Counted from the first letter of the stretch, positions 1-9,551 are shown. The stretch: DNA of 64,000 nt from Candidatus Komeilibacteria bacterium (GCA_026396575.1 JAPLWM010000020.1:14266-78265), one strand, 5' to 3'. Notes: generated by a model not told the origin, from the letters alone. Numbers and translations are program-made.

Positions 1-207
1 TGCACTAAATTTTTTGTATCAACCGGCGCGCCGCCTCCGGACTCTCCAACTTTCCAAGGTGCTGTTTGAATTACTACTCGTCTATAATGTGCCATGCCTC
101 TCACAAAAAACCTCTTCACCTCATCAAGTACCTTTTGCGGATTGCGAGCCAGTGCCGTCTGAAATTCTTTTAACCCAACAATTTCTACCGCTTGCTCGGC
201 CATATAG

Positions 208-528
208 TTAAACGCTTAAATAATCCTCGTGCCTTTCAATGATCAATTGCAAATGCTGGTTCGTGCCGTAATCTCTTTTATTAATCGCCTTAACTCCGTA
301 ATCAAATTCCCCATCGCTTATCAAATCCCCCTCTTCAACATCCGTGCCCAGCGGGCACCACAGCGTAAACGCCCGGGTAAAATTCAATCGTAAAGTTTCG
401 GCCAGCTCGGCCGCTGCCTGTTGCAAGTAGCCGTCGAAAGTGCTTTGCGTAATTAAGGCAGAACTTTCCCCGGACCAAGACATTCTCTTGGTTGTGAATT
501 GCGTTGTAAAAAACTTTGCGATTGTCAT
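208..528 (-). CDS. hypothetical phage protein (structural-module neighbour)
   Basis: 106 aa ORF in the co-directional phage gene string; no motif recognised. Confidence 0.35.
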   Translation of the reverse strand: MTIAKFFTTQFTTKRMSWSGESSALITQSTFDGYLQQAAAELAETLRLNFTRAFTLWCPLGTDVEEGDLISDGEFDYGVKAINKRDYGTNQHLQLIIERHEDYLSV

Positions 529-531
529 TGT

Positions 532-1146
532 TTAAATTTCAAATTTTTTATAACTTTCTAAAATTTGCTTAGCCCTGGCAAAGTCCTGCCAGTTGGCATC
601 ATTGGCATAAGACACTGAATACTCACCAATCCTTTCTGATTGCACATTCCTAGAAGTTACCAGCTGGCCAAGGTTGCAACATAGGCCGGCCACAATAACC
701 GTAACAGCGAACTTAATATCATCAGGAACAACTGTGCTGTAGCCCCACTTGGCAGTGATTCTTGCGTTTTGGAGCCCTTTAAGCCAATAACCCGATAAAA
801 GGTGCAACTTTCTAATTGGTACCCCCAGGGAAGCGTAATTATTAGGCAAAGCAAGATACCGGCCTGATCCGGCAGCCAACACCTCGGTAAAACTATCACC
901 GCACTCATCATTACCCGCCTCAACCTTAGTAATGGCCACACAATCATCAATTAATAAATCCGTCCGGCCGTTGCCGTCAAACACGCGCGCGCTCGTGGCC
1001 GAATCAGCAACAAAGTTTCTACCGGTCAGCTGATCGATAAATTTTTCAATCGAGGCAATCCAATTCTCAACCTGCTCTTGATAGCTGGCTTCAATAGTTA
1101 AAAGCAAATAATTTTCAATTGCCAAAATGCTCGAATATCCTTTCAT
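532..1146 (-). CDS. putative head-tail connector (gp6-like) protein
   Basis: N-terminus LAIENYLLLTIEASYQEQVENWIASIEKFIDQLTGR resembles phage gp6-like head-tail connector N-termini; 204 aa. Confidence 0.4.
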   Translation of the reverse strand: MKGYSSILAIENYLLLTIEASYQEQVENWIASIEKFIDQLTGRNFVADSATSARVFDGNGRTDLLIDDCVAITKVEAGNDECGDSFTEVLAAGSGRYLALPNNYASLGVPIRKLHLLSGYWLKGLQNARITAKWGYSTVVPDDIKFAVTVIVAGLCCNLGQLVTSRNVQSERIGEYSVSYANDANWQDFARAKQILESYKKFEI

Positions 1147-1154
1147 AAAATTTA

Positions 1155-1664
1155 TTAATTATCTTGAATATCTAAAATTAATGACTCTTTAACCGGTTGC
1201 ATTGCCATTCCCTTTACCTCAAGCTTTTCTCTAATCTTAACCGGTAACTGCTCCATATTTTCCTGAGTCAAATCGACGTTAAGTTTCTTGGCCAAAGATA
1301 GCAGGCCGTCATTTGCTCGCTTATAATTCATTCTCAAAACCTGTCCGCCCTGGATGCATTGCTCCGACACGCCGAAATCAGCGTAGTCCTTAATTTTTCC
1401 GCAATTGCTTTCGCAAACATCGATTACCGGCCTGCATCCGTTAGCAATGGCTGTCTGAATATAATTCTCAATTTCGGTGTCGGAAACATTAAGCGTCTGA
1501 TAACCGGCAATCACTCCAGCTATGCCCAAAGCGGCCGCGCCAATGATATTTATAATCTTGGCGTCGATTTTAGGTTTAAGTTCCGGTTGGATTTGTTCAA
1601 CCGGCGCTTGCTCTTCTATGGGCGCTTCTACCGGTTGCTCTTCCTGTTGTATTTCATCGGGCAT
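1155..1664 (-). CDS. phage membrane protein with acidic Pro/Glu-rich N-terminus
   Basis: 169 aa; single hydrophobic helix IINIIGAAALGIAGVIAGY; no catalytic motif. Confidence 0.35.
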   Translation of the reverse strand: MPDEIQQEEQPVEAPIEEQAPVEQIQPELKPKIDAKIINIIGAAALGIAGVIAGYQTLNVSDTEIENYIQTAIANGCRPVIDVCESNCGKIKDYADFGVSEQCIQGGQVLRMNYKRANDGLLSLAKKLNVDLTQENMEQLPVKIREKLEVKGMAMQPVKESLILDIQDN

Positions 1665-1738
1665 AATGATTGAATAAAAATAGTAAATAAATAATTAATG
1701 GCAAAGCCATGCTTAAAACGATTATCGGTCCAAAATTG

Positions 1739-2614
1739 TCAGGTTTGAAATTCATAATCCGTTAATGTTTTAATAAGCGAGCTATTTTGAATTTTCTTAA
1801 TTCCATGTCTAAATTCCGTACTAACAAAGCTTGAAAGATTTTCTTTACTCTTGGCTTTTAATTTTAACTTTTTGCCGATTTCTAAATTATTCAATTCCTT
1901 GCCGTCCTCCAATCCAAACCTAAATTTTATAATATCTCGCTCCCTGTCTTTTAAAGTTTTTAAAACATTGCCGATATGCTTTTGTAATAATTCAAGCGAA
2001 ATTTTTAACTCAGCGATATCTATCCTATTATCAACAATCGTATCTCCCAGGGTCATCGTATCCCTATCCTTACCCTCTATAGGAGCGTCAATGCTTTCGA
2101 TAGTGAAGTTTAAATAGTCGAGCGCTGGTTTTAAGGCATGCTTAGTCCAGCCAAGCAATGTGCCAATTTTTTTAACCACCTCTTCAACCTCGGGCATCCG
2201 GCCTAGCTCCTGCATCAATCGTTCTTCGGCTTTCCTATAACGGCCAATAACCATCCCTACTTCCTTGGGTAATTTAATGATATGACTTTTTTCATAGACG
2301 TACCCAATGACATAATTGTTGATATAGCTAATTGCGCTGTGAAAGAATTTGCCTTTTGCAGGGTCATGCTTATCTACTGCCTTCATTAATCCGATTAAAC
2401 CCTCTTGCAATAAATCCTCTTCAGGGGCAAAGGGGGTCCATTTTTGTACTTTATTAACGACCAAACCAAACCAATACAAAACTATTTTTTCCCTAATGTC
2501 TTGGTTTTTTGTCTGGCGGTATTCATCAATCCAGGACTCTTCAAATTTTTTTAAACCAAGCTCTTTTATTCGGGCATTGATTATTTTATAATACTCTTTG
2601 TTTGTTTCGTACAT
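1739..2614 (-). CDS. sigma-70 family RNA polymerase sigma factor (phage-encoded)
   Basis: Region 2 motif LLQEGLIGLMKAVDKHDPAKGKFFHSAISYINNYVIGYV and region 4 HTH ERDIIKFRFGLEDGKELNNLEIGKKLKL; 291 aa. Confidence 0.75.
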   Translation of the reverse strand: MYETNKEYYKIINARIKELGLKKFEESWIDEYRQTKNQDIREKIVLYWFGLVVNKVQKWTPFAPEEDLLQEGLIGLMKAVDKHDPAKGKFFHSAISYINNYVIGYVYEKSHIIKLPKEVGMVIGRYRKAEERLMQELGRMPEVEEVVKKIGTLLGWTKHALKPALDYLNFTIESIDAPIEGKDRDTMTLGDTIVDNRIDIAELKISLELLQKHIGNVLKTLKDRERDIIKFRFGLEDGKELNNLEIGKKLKLKAKSKENLSSFVSTEFRHGIKKIQNSSLIKTLTDYEFQT

Positions 2615-2615
2615 A

Positions 2616-4067
2616 TTAATCTAATTTTTTCCAGTCAGTGCCGTCGCACCCCCAGAAATGCTTATTATTCGGATTATAGAAAAACGAACCCTCAACATCG
2701 GCCGCGCAAGTGGTGGTGGAAGTTTGGGTCGTTCGTGAAATACCTTTAACGTTAAACTGGATTTTATCCGTTATTAATACCGGCGTGTCGGTGGCCACCC
2801 TAAGCAAACCCTGAATAGTGCTGGTGCCGTAAGTTTCCATTGAATCGTCTATAACCACTACCCCAAGATTGGCCGCCCTTAAAGTTAAATCAGCATTGGC
2901 ATAGGGGCTATAAGTTTCAATGTAAAAAGGATTTTCAGCCTTAATATAGCTGGCCGTTTCATTGGATAAAATTAAATTGCCGGCCATACCAACGTCGCCA
3001 CTTTGGGCGATTTGCAGTGGCACATTGGAAACAACCTGCACATCGCTGATAGTAAGGGCCGTAGTGTCTCTAACCTGCAGATTAAACGCAGGAACAGTGC
3101 CTGTGGCCAAAAATATGGCCGTTCCTGACGCGTTAACGGTCGTTGACCAGTAATTGCTGGAATTATATGAAAGACGCAATTGTTCCGTGGTTCCTTGCAC
3201 CTGAAGATAGGCCGATGGGCTGCTTAAACCAATGCCGGTTTTACCTCCGTCCAAAATGGTAAATACTTTAGTGTTGCCGTCATAGGCATTAAATAAATCT
3301 CCTGCACCTCCCTGCCTAACTGTTAAAATAGCTGATGTACCAGTGGCGCTGATAGTAGAAGTGGCAAAATTTCCTCTTGCTGCAAAATTAATATCGCCGC
3401 CACTTGGAGTGATGTTTAAATCGCCATTTGCGTCAGTTAAGAAATATGTTTGATGCGAGGCATCATAGGCCATTTTTAATTGCGCTGTAGTGCTTAAAAC
3501 TTCCAGCTTGGCCTGTGGATTAGTTGTGCCAATACCGACATTGCCGGTAGTAGGGTTTAAAATAATACTGGTGTTTCCCTGGCTGGCCTGATCAACCGTT
3601 AAAGCGCCGGTTGAATTGAAAATCTTTTGGTGAGCGTCAGTCGTACCGGTTGTTTTTAAGTTGCCGTTAACAGTAAAATCACCGCTGGAAACAATGGTAA
3701 AAAATGCTTTGCCGTCAACTTTAAGATTGCCGTTAATGTGCAAATTACCCTGAATGGTTGAAGTGGCTGTGGTAGAGGCCGCGTTAAACGAACCTAAATT
3801 TAAGTTATTAATATCCTGCCAGGCCGGGATGCCGTTATTAACCTGTAAAAATTGGCCGGTAGTGCCAATAGGCAATGTCTTTAAAAGAGTCGGGGCAGTA
3901 GATGAACCGTACAAAATATCGCCACGGTTATAATTCGTGATGCCGGTGCCGCCTCTGTTAGGAAAAACAATGGCCTGAGCGGAAACTGTGCCGGCTAAAC
4001 TTAGTCCGGCTAATATAGAAATGATGGCAAAGATTTTTTTCATAAAATTAAATTCTATAATCCGCAA
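2616..4067 (-). CDS. secreted tail-fiber-like beta-rich repeat protein
   Basis: Sec signal peptide MKKIFAIISILAGLSLAGTVSAQA; recurrent GNVGIGTTNP / TGIGLSSP fiber-like repeats; Cys-containing C-terminal knob; overlaps next tail fiber gene by 20 nt. Confidence 0.5.
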   Translation of the reverse strand: MRIIEFNFMKKIFAIISILAGLSLAGTVSAQAIVFPNRGGTGITNYNRGDILYGSSTAPTLLKTLPIGTTGQFLQVNNGIPAWQDINNLNLGSFNAASTTATSTIQGNLHINGNLKVDGKAFFTIVSSGDFTVNGNLKTTGTTDAHQKIFNSTGALTVDQASQGNTSIILNPTTGNVGIGTTNPQAKLEVLSTTAQLKMAYDASHQTYFLTDANGDLNITPSGGDINFAARGNFATSTISATGTSAILTVRQGGAGDLFNAYDGNTKVFTILDGGKTGIGLSSPSAYLQVQGTTEQLRLSYNSSNYWSTTVNASGTAIFLATGTVPAFNLQVRDTTALTISDVQVVSNVPLQIAQSGDVGMAGNLILSNETASYIKAENPFYIETYSPYANADLTLRAANLGVVVIDDSMETYGTSTIQGLLRVATDTPVLITDKIQFNVKGISRTTQTSTTTCAADVEGSFFYNPNNKHFWGCDGTDWKKLD

Positions 4068-4677
4068 TTACCGCGCTCATAGGCGGGGTGATAAATGTTA
4101 TTGTCGCCGTGCCTAAAGTAAAATCAACATTAGGCGTCATCCTTAATCCATCAGCCCAAACTTTAAGCGAACCGGCCGCTGGCGTATCCGGCAAGACAAA
4201 AATCGTGTTAATTCCATTGATTGCTCCGGTCGGAACAACATTGTCTTTGATTTTACTCAAGGTCTGATGCGGGTCATTATAATCAGTTAAATGCCCGGAC
4301 AAATCTTCAGCATTAGCCTTCGCATTTAATAATTCATCGGTTTCCCCGGATGTGTAGGCCCCTGTTTGGGCAGCTGTGACTGCGTGTGGATTATCATGAT
4401 CACCCTCATGATTGGTTAAATCCTCTGAATTAGCTTTAGCGCTTAATAATTCATCATCCTCGCCCTTAGTGTAAGCGCCAACCTGTCCGGCTGTTACCTG
4501 ATGCGGATTATCAGTGTCGCCAATATGATCGTCGGCCTTATCATTAACCTCCTTAAGTAAATTTGCTTTGGTTTGCTTTTTAGTTTCGTTGGCCGAAACA
4601 TCAACCACCACAACAAGGTCATTGTCTTCACTAGTGGTTATCGGGTCTAATTCTGAAATTTTTTTATTGGCGCTCAT
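4048..4677 (-). CDS. phage tail fiber protein with DNPH-type fiber repeats
   Basis: Two tandem repeats DNPHQVTAGQVGAYTKGEDDELLSAKANSEDL / DNPHAVTAAQTGAYTSGETDELLNAKANAEDL typical of the phage tail fibre repeat family. Confidence 0.6.
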   Translation of the reverse strand: MSANKKISELDPITTSEDNDLVVVVDVSANETKKQTKANLLKEVNDKADDHIGDTDNPHQVTAGQVGAYTKGEDDELLSAKANSEDLTNHEGDHDNPHAVTAAQTGAYTSGETDELLNAKANAEDLSGHLTDYNDPHQTLSKIKDNVVPTGAINGINTIFVLPDTPAAGSLKVWADGLRMTPNVDFTLGTATITFITPPMSAVIADYRI

Positions 4678-4814
4678 AGCTCTATAAAATAATCGTTCTC
4701 TTGCTTAATAAATCCGCCGTCCTCCTTTAAAAGCCTTGGGCAGTAGCTAACCCCGGCGTACGGCGTTGTTTTTGCGGCGTACGGCGTTGTTTCACATTCA
4801 GCTCCTGGCATAAG

Positions 4815-4958
4815 CTATTTTTGGATTATTTTGCCTGTTTTAAGGCCTGCTCGCAGTCCGGTATCCTTAAGCAACTCAAAACGCTTGCTATCAAGCTGTT
4901 CGTTGCTCAAAACCCTGTTACCGGTTTTTTTGTCTTTATAAATAAATCTTTTCATCAT
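4815..4958 (-). CDS. small hypothetical protein (47 aa)
   Basis: ATGATG start preceded by AAGGG; lies between capsid and tail fiber genes; not in the ORF track because it is under 60 aa. Confidence 0.2.
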   Translation of the reverse strand: MMKRFIYKDKKTGNRVLSNEQLDSKRFELLKDTGLRAGLKTGKIIQK

Positions 4959-4974
4959 ACTTCAACCCTTAATT

Positions 4975-4998
4975 CCGGGCGGGAATAATCCCGCCCGG
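4975..4998 (-). other. perfect 10 bp stem-loop directly downstream of the capsid gene stop
   Basis: ccgggcggga-ataa-tcccgcccgg; no U-tract, so more likely an mRNA-stabilising or attenuating hairpin than a full terminator. Confidence 0.4.
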
Positions 4999-5007
4999 TC
5001 AAAGAGC

Positions 5008-6363
5008 TTAAGCAGAAGCTTCAGCGGTCTTAAGGACAGTGATTGGTTTATTCAAAGTGGTAATCAATTGAACGTAACCAACTCTTTCAATAAGACGGAT
5101 GGCTTTGCGGTCAGTGGTAATCAGGTTCAGATCAGCGTTGGCGGCAACATTTCTAACCACGCCAGCGTCAAATCTCTCGGCCCTGATAGCGCCCTGGTAG
5201 CCGAATAAGGCACCGGCTTTCAAATCACCAAAGATGACGAAAGCGGTATCTTCGGCACTGTCGCCAGAGGTAGGCATAACCTCAACTTCCACAACCGGCT
5301 TGCCCCAAATGCTGGCAGGTCCAGTTTCGGAAGGACGTTGGAAGATATAATCTCCCTCTGCCTTTAATTTCCTAACCAAAGCCATGATGGAGAAGTGCAT
5401 GAAGTACTTACCCCTTGCCCTGGCAGCTGCCGGAGTGTCGATCTGCATATCCAGCAAATCGTCGGCATCAATGGAAGCAAAAGTGGTTCCAGCCATTACG
5501 GTTTCATTCACATTGGCGCTAAGGAGCAAACCAGTGAAGCTGCCGTAATCTGAAGTGCCGTCGCCATTAAAGACAAAATCGTCTTCAGCGCGAGCAAACT
5601 TTTCAGCTGCCCTTTCTGCAACCAAGCTGAACAAATCGATTTCCTGTTCTTCCAAAAGTTCGCTGGTCAGAGTTACAATCACGCCCAATTTCTTAAGGCT
5701 TAATGAATTCTGATCAAGAACCAACTGGCTGGAGGAAATAACCGCGCCCTCATCAACCCAATAAACGGTCAAATCAGTGACCAATTCATTGGCTTTATAG
5801 GTGTGCTTGGTTAATTGCAGGGAGGTTAGTTCGCGTCTGGCCACACCGTAGTCAGTCATCAAGTGACGAACTTCAGCGGACAATTCGCTATCAACCACGT
5901 AACCGGCGTAAGGAGTGCCCTGCGCATCAGTGGTCATTTCCTTAAATTTGGCTTCATCACCGGTAATAAGGGCCTTGGCCAAAGCTCTAATATGCTCATT
6001 AAAGCCTTTTCTTTTGGCCGCAATATCGGGCTGATAAACGCCGGCCTTTTTGGCCATTAAATCCTTGTGCTCTTCCAACCATTCCTTGACTTTCACTTCA
6101 AGATTGGTTTGGATGCCCTGGGCTTCCTTTCTCAGCAAATTGCTAAGCAATTCAGCGGTTTTTTCCTCAGAGGGTTCACCGCCGCCAGCGCCAGCAAGAG
6201 GATCAACCTCAGGCAATTTTTCGGCCTGCTCGGTTTCTTCCTTAACTGGTTCCTGCTCTTCCTGCTTCAATTTGGAAAATTCAGCCTTCAGGGCTTCCTT
6301 TTCCGCTTTGGTGGCAAAGCCTTTTTTTAAAAGGGCTTTTAACATTTTTAAGTAAATCAGCAT
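5008..6363 (-). CDS. HK97-family major capsid protein with N-terminal coiled-coil (delta or scaffold-like) extension
   Basis: C-terminal region (GKPVVEVEVMPTSGDSAEDTAFVIFGDLKAGALFGYQGAIRAERFD...) resembles HK97-fold capsids; N-terminal about 120 aa is K/E-rich coiled coil; sits between protease and tail fiber genes. Confidence 0.7.
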   Translation of the reverse strand: MLIYLKMLKALLKKGFATKAEKEALKAEFSKLKQEEQEPVKEETEQAEKLPEVDPLAGAGGGEPSEEKTAELLSNLLRKEAQGIQTNLEVKVKEWLEEHKDLMAKKAGVYQPDIAAKRKGFNEHIRALAKALITGDEAKFKEMTTDAQGTPYAGYVVDSELSAEVRHLMTDYGVARRELTSLQLTKHTYKANELVTDLTVYWVDEGAVISSSQLVLDQNSLSLKKLGVIVTLTSELLEEQEIDLFSLVAERAAEKFARAEDDFVFNGDGTSDYGSFTGLLLSANVNETVMAGTTFASIDADDLLDMQIDTPAAARARGKYFMHFSIMALVRKLKAEGDYIFQRPSETGPASIWGKPVVEVEVMPTSGDSAEDTAFVIFGDLKAGALFGYQGAIRAERFDAGVVRNVAANADLNLITTDRKAIRLIERVGYVQLITTLNKPITVLKTAEASA

Positions 6364-6367
6364 AGAA

Positions 6368-7318
6368 CTAAACTTTTAATTTTAATAACTTCCTAATGGC
6401 CTGATTAATTGTGCGATTAGTCGCGATCTTCGTTGCTGTTGCAGGGTCTTCCCCTGTTACAGTTACGGCACCTATTACATCTATCGCCTTGTTAATTCTG
6501 GCCAAAGCTCCACAACGCTTCTCAATAATCAGATTCGCTGCGGAGTTGATTGTTTTTAATGGATTGCTTTTTACCGGTTCAGCTGTTCCTGTTGGGCTAT
6601 TTTCGCCTCCCTGATTTGTTGGCTGTTGATCGCCAGGCTGGCCATTGTTTTGCTCTCCTCCGTTTTGCTCGCCTGCATCATTATTATTTTTCCCGCCCGC
6701 TTCACCACCGTCGCCGTTTCCGGGAGCTGGCGGTTCATCACCTTCCGGATTCTCTGGATCTTCATTACCTTTTGATTTATCATAATTTTTTTCAAATAAG
6801 GCCTCTGGATTTGCCGGCACTGGAACGGCCGATATTTCCAAAAGCTCGCTTTTAACAATTGACATTCCGTCGTCGCTGAACTCTTTGGGAATAAAGCCGA
6901 CGGACAGCGTATTTAAAAGTCCAGCCAGGCGCAATTTGTAAGCCAACATGCCTTTAGGGCTTTCCAAAGCAAAATAAACATCTCCTTGCAATTTATCATC
7001 CTTAACTTTAATGTTTTTAATCCCGCCGATGATATGTTCAATAGAATCGTAATTGTGGCTGTCTAAAAGAACGGGATTATTTTTATAACTTTTCAAATCC
7101 CAGTTTTGCTCCACAACATCGCCGTGCCTGTCTTCCGCGGCCGTTGAAAAAATAGCGTGGAAAAGATTATCCACCCCCTCGGCTTTTTGGAAAATGGTAA
7201 AAACAGGCAAAGTAAAACCCTCAAAACCTTTTTCCTGGATTTTATCCCAGAGGTCCTTGTAAGTTTTAACTTTTAATTCGGAAAACGACTTAGTTGAGAG
7301 TTGATAGAATTTTCGCAT
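6368..7318 (-). CDS. HK97-family prohead protease fused to a G/N/Q-rich low-complexity C-terminal region
   Basis: FSTAAEDRHGDVV ... LLDSHNY motif block typical of Caudovirales prohead serine proteases; gene order portal-protease-capsid. Confidence 0.7.
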   Translation of the reverse strand: MRKFYQLSTKSFSELKVKTYKDLWDKIQEKGFEGFTLPVFTIFQKAEGVDNLFHAIFSTAAEDRHGDVVEQNWDLKSYKNNPVLLDSHNYDSIEHIIGGIKNIKVKDDKLQGDVYFALESPKGMLAYKLRLAGLLNTLSVGFIPKEFSDDGMSIVKSELLEISAVPVPANPEALFEKNYDKSKGNEDPENPEGDEPPAPGNGDGGEAGGKNNNDAGEQNGGEQNNGQPGDQQPTNQGGENSPTGTAEPVKSNPLKTINSAANLIIEKRCGALARINKAIDVIGAVTVTGEDPATATKIATNRTINQAIRKLLKLKV

Positions 7319-7335
7319 ATAAAATGATTATTAAT

Positions 7336-9312
7336 TTAGATTTGGCATTGACAGTTCACGGTCTCTTCCGGATCTGCGCTTGGATCACCAGGATATTGAA
7401 GTCCATTGGAAAACGGATGATCCAAAGGCACTTCCTCGCCATCAATGGCTTGGTGTTCCGGCCTGACTCCGCCTCGAGCGCCAGCTGACCAAACCCAAAT
7501 CTTGGTCGGAATTTGCGCTTGCCTATAGGCCTCAAATGTTCCTTTGGAAGTAACGCCGCCGATTTCAGTCCTGGCAATCGTCTCGGCTCGTGATTTGGAT
7601 ATATCGCCGTAAACATTCTGTATTCTTTTAACCAATCCATCCCTGCCCTCGCCGGCCTCTAAGCTGGCTGCGAATTCATCCTGCAATTTATTTAAGGTAG
7701 TATCGGCAATTTCCCATGACGATTTGCTGACTTTTTCATTAAGCCAAGACGCAATCTGGCTGGAAAAAACAAAATCAAAATCTTTATAGCCGATGAAATT
7801 CATCGTTTCCTCTCCCGACTCAACCAAATACTTCTGTAAAAATGGCAGGAAAAGATTAATAGCCAGCTTAACCTCGTCGGCTTTATCAAACCTCTCATCA
7901 ATCAAACTTTTCTTTTTTAAGCTTTTAGCAGATTTTAATCCGTTCAATAGTCGTTCCTCCTGGCCTTTAAAATACTTATTCAACACTCTGGTAAATTCTT
8001 TTTCGCGCTTGCTATGGCTGATAGTTTTAAAATCCCAATACTTCCTGCGGATAAATTCATCACGTAATGGGTGCTCATAACCTTTTCTAAAACCTTTTTG
8101 AGCGGCCGGATCAGCGTTGGCCGGATTAACCGCGTCGCCCAAAGTACCCAGCCCAAAAGGAATTAAAATCTCATCGCCGCCATCAACCGGATCCAATTTA
8201 AGCATTTCTCGCTTTTCATTCGTGGTTAAAGCGTATGAAGCGGAAGCGGCTGCTAAGTCCTGCCTGATTTCGTTCCTATCCTCGGGCACCGGATTAACAA
8301 AATCCAGTTCAAACTCGGCCGGGATTAAATCCCAGTTAAGCTTATTAACCAAACGCTTCATTAAAGGCGCGATGGTTTCTTTCAAGAAAATCTTAATAGC
8401 CGCGTCAGCATTATCGAACTTAATCTCGTCCAAGCTGGACAATAACGGCTTAGGCACTGATGTTAAAATACAAATATCATTAAGCGTCATTTTTTTACTT
8501 TCAATGAACCCAAGCTCTTCCGGCGTTAAAGCTGTATTGGAATAATCAGAATCCCCGCCCAAGAATAACGGCTTGCCTGATTTTCTGGCCTCGGCAAACT
8601 GTTCGTCGTAATTATCTTTAAGCTCTGATAATTGCTGTTTGGTCAAACGTTCTGTTTTAAATTTGAATACTCCGCCAATCCGCCCGCCATTTTTTAAAAT
8701 GTTCGCCTGGTATTCAGCCAGCTGGATCTCGGTTGATATCGCTTTAATGCCCGATAAAATTAAACTCTCTGCCTTAAGCGGCGAATCCATACTCGGGTTA
8801 AAATCCCTAATAATTTCATCCGGCGTGTATTCTTGCTCTCTACTGTTAGGTAGCCGACGAATATACTTAGTAATACCCTGACTATCATCAACCACGTAGG
8901 ACATGGTCGTTGGATTAAAAAGGTGCAATGCCTCAATGCTTTTGGCCTCATTAAAAGCCCGGCCGTCTTTAGGCTGTTTCCAAATGTAAACCTCGCCCCA
9001 AAGGTCAAAATAACGCTGGTAAAGGTGGAAAAACTGCCGGCCGCTTAAAAACTGATTAGGCCTCCTTAAAAGTTGCAACCACGGATTGTTATCTGCTTTA
9101 TCAAGCACTTGCTCTCCGCGCCTTAAAATAAATTCAATCTCGCTAACCTTTTCAGCCCTTTTATTTAAAGCCCTATTTAAAGGCAAGCTTGATTTATAGG
9201 CAGTTAAAAAGTTTTTGCCGTCCCAGGCCTGTTCTTCACCACTCCAGTCATTAATCAGGCCGGTATAACTTTTTGCCTTAAAGAAATTTTTGATTGTTTT
9301 TAGGATTTGCAT
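7336..9312 (-). CDS. phage portal protein fused to a Mu-F / SPP1 gp7-like head morphogenesis domain
   Basis: About 650 aa; C-terminus TEIGGVTSKGTFEAYRQ...VNCQCQI matches the Mu F-like minor head domain; N-terminal 400 aa portal-like. Start set at ATG 9312; the ORF track uses an upstream TTG at 9336. Confidence 0.65.
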   Translation of the reverse strand: MQILKTIKNFFKAKSYTGLINDWSGEEQAWDGKNFLTAYKSSLPLNRALNKRAEKVSEIEFILRRGEQVLDKADNNPWLQLLRRPNQFLSGRQFFHLYQRYFDLWGEVYIWKQPKDGRAFNEAKSIEALHLFNPTTMSYVVDDSQGITKYIRRLPNSREQEYTPDEIIRDFNPSMDSPLKAESLILSGIKAISTEIQLAEYQANILKNGGRIGGVFKFKTERLTKQQLSELKDNYDEQFAEARKSGKPLFLGGDSDYSNTALTPEELGFIESKKMTLNDICILTSVPKPLLSSLDEIKFDNADAAIKIFLKETIAPLMKRLVNKLNWDLIPAEFELDFVNPVPEDRNEIRQDLAAASASYALTTNEKREMLKLDPVDGGDEILIPFGLGTLGDAVNPANADPAAQKGFRKGYEHPLRDEFIRRKYWDFKTISHSKREKEFTRVLNKYFKGQEERLLNGLKSAKSLKKKSLIDERFDKADEVKLAINLFLPFLQKYLVESGEETMNFIGYKDFDFVFSSQIASWLNEKVSKSSWEIADTTLNKLQDEFAASLEAGEGRDGLVKRIQNVYGDISKSRAETIARTEIGGVTSKGTFEAYRQAQIPTKIWVWSAGARGGVRPEHQAIDGEEVPLDHPFSNGLQYPGDPSADPEETVNCQCQI

Positions 9313-9346
9313 AAAAAAAACTGCCACCAATAGCAATTACGAATAA

Positions 9347-9398
9347 ACGTAATTGACATTGATGGCAGTTCTCCTGACACCGTTGGGCTGTTGTGCAG
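9347..9398 (-). terminator. 23 bp imperfect inverted repeat followed by a T8 run on the minus strand
   Basis: aactgccaccaatagcaattacg-aataaa-cgtaattgacattgatggcagtt; the minus-strand hairpin is followed by UUUUUUUU; lies between the terminase and portal genes. Confidence 0.4.
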
Positions 9399-9551
9399 CT
9401 AAAAAGGTATAGCCCTTTTATTCAATTGTGCTTTAATTATAAACCACAACTTATCCACAGTCAAGCAAATAAAAAAGCCCCCATTAAGGCGGGCCTTAAC
9501 AGGGTCTTTTTCGTAGTGATTGTTGAAATTATAGCAGACCTAAAATATCTG

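Noticed and set aside
2616-4067. Calling the 483 aa secreted repeat protein a host S-layer or adhesin rather than a phage fiber
   Set aside because: It has a Sec signal peptide, which is unusual for virion proteins. But it overlaps the DNPH-repeat tail-fiber gene by 20 nt on the same strand and carries GNVGIGTTNP-type fiber repeats. It is kept as tail-fiber-like with moderate confidence.
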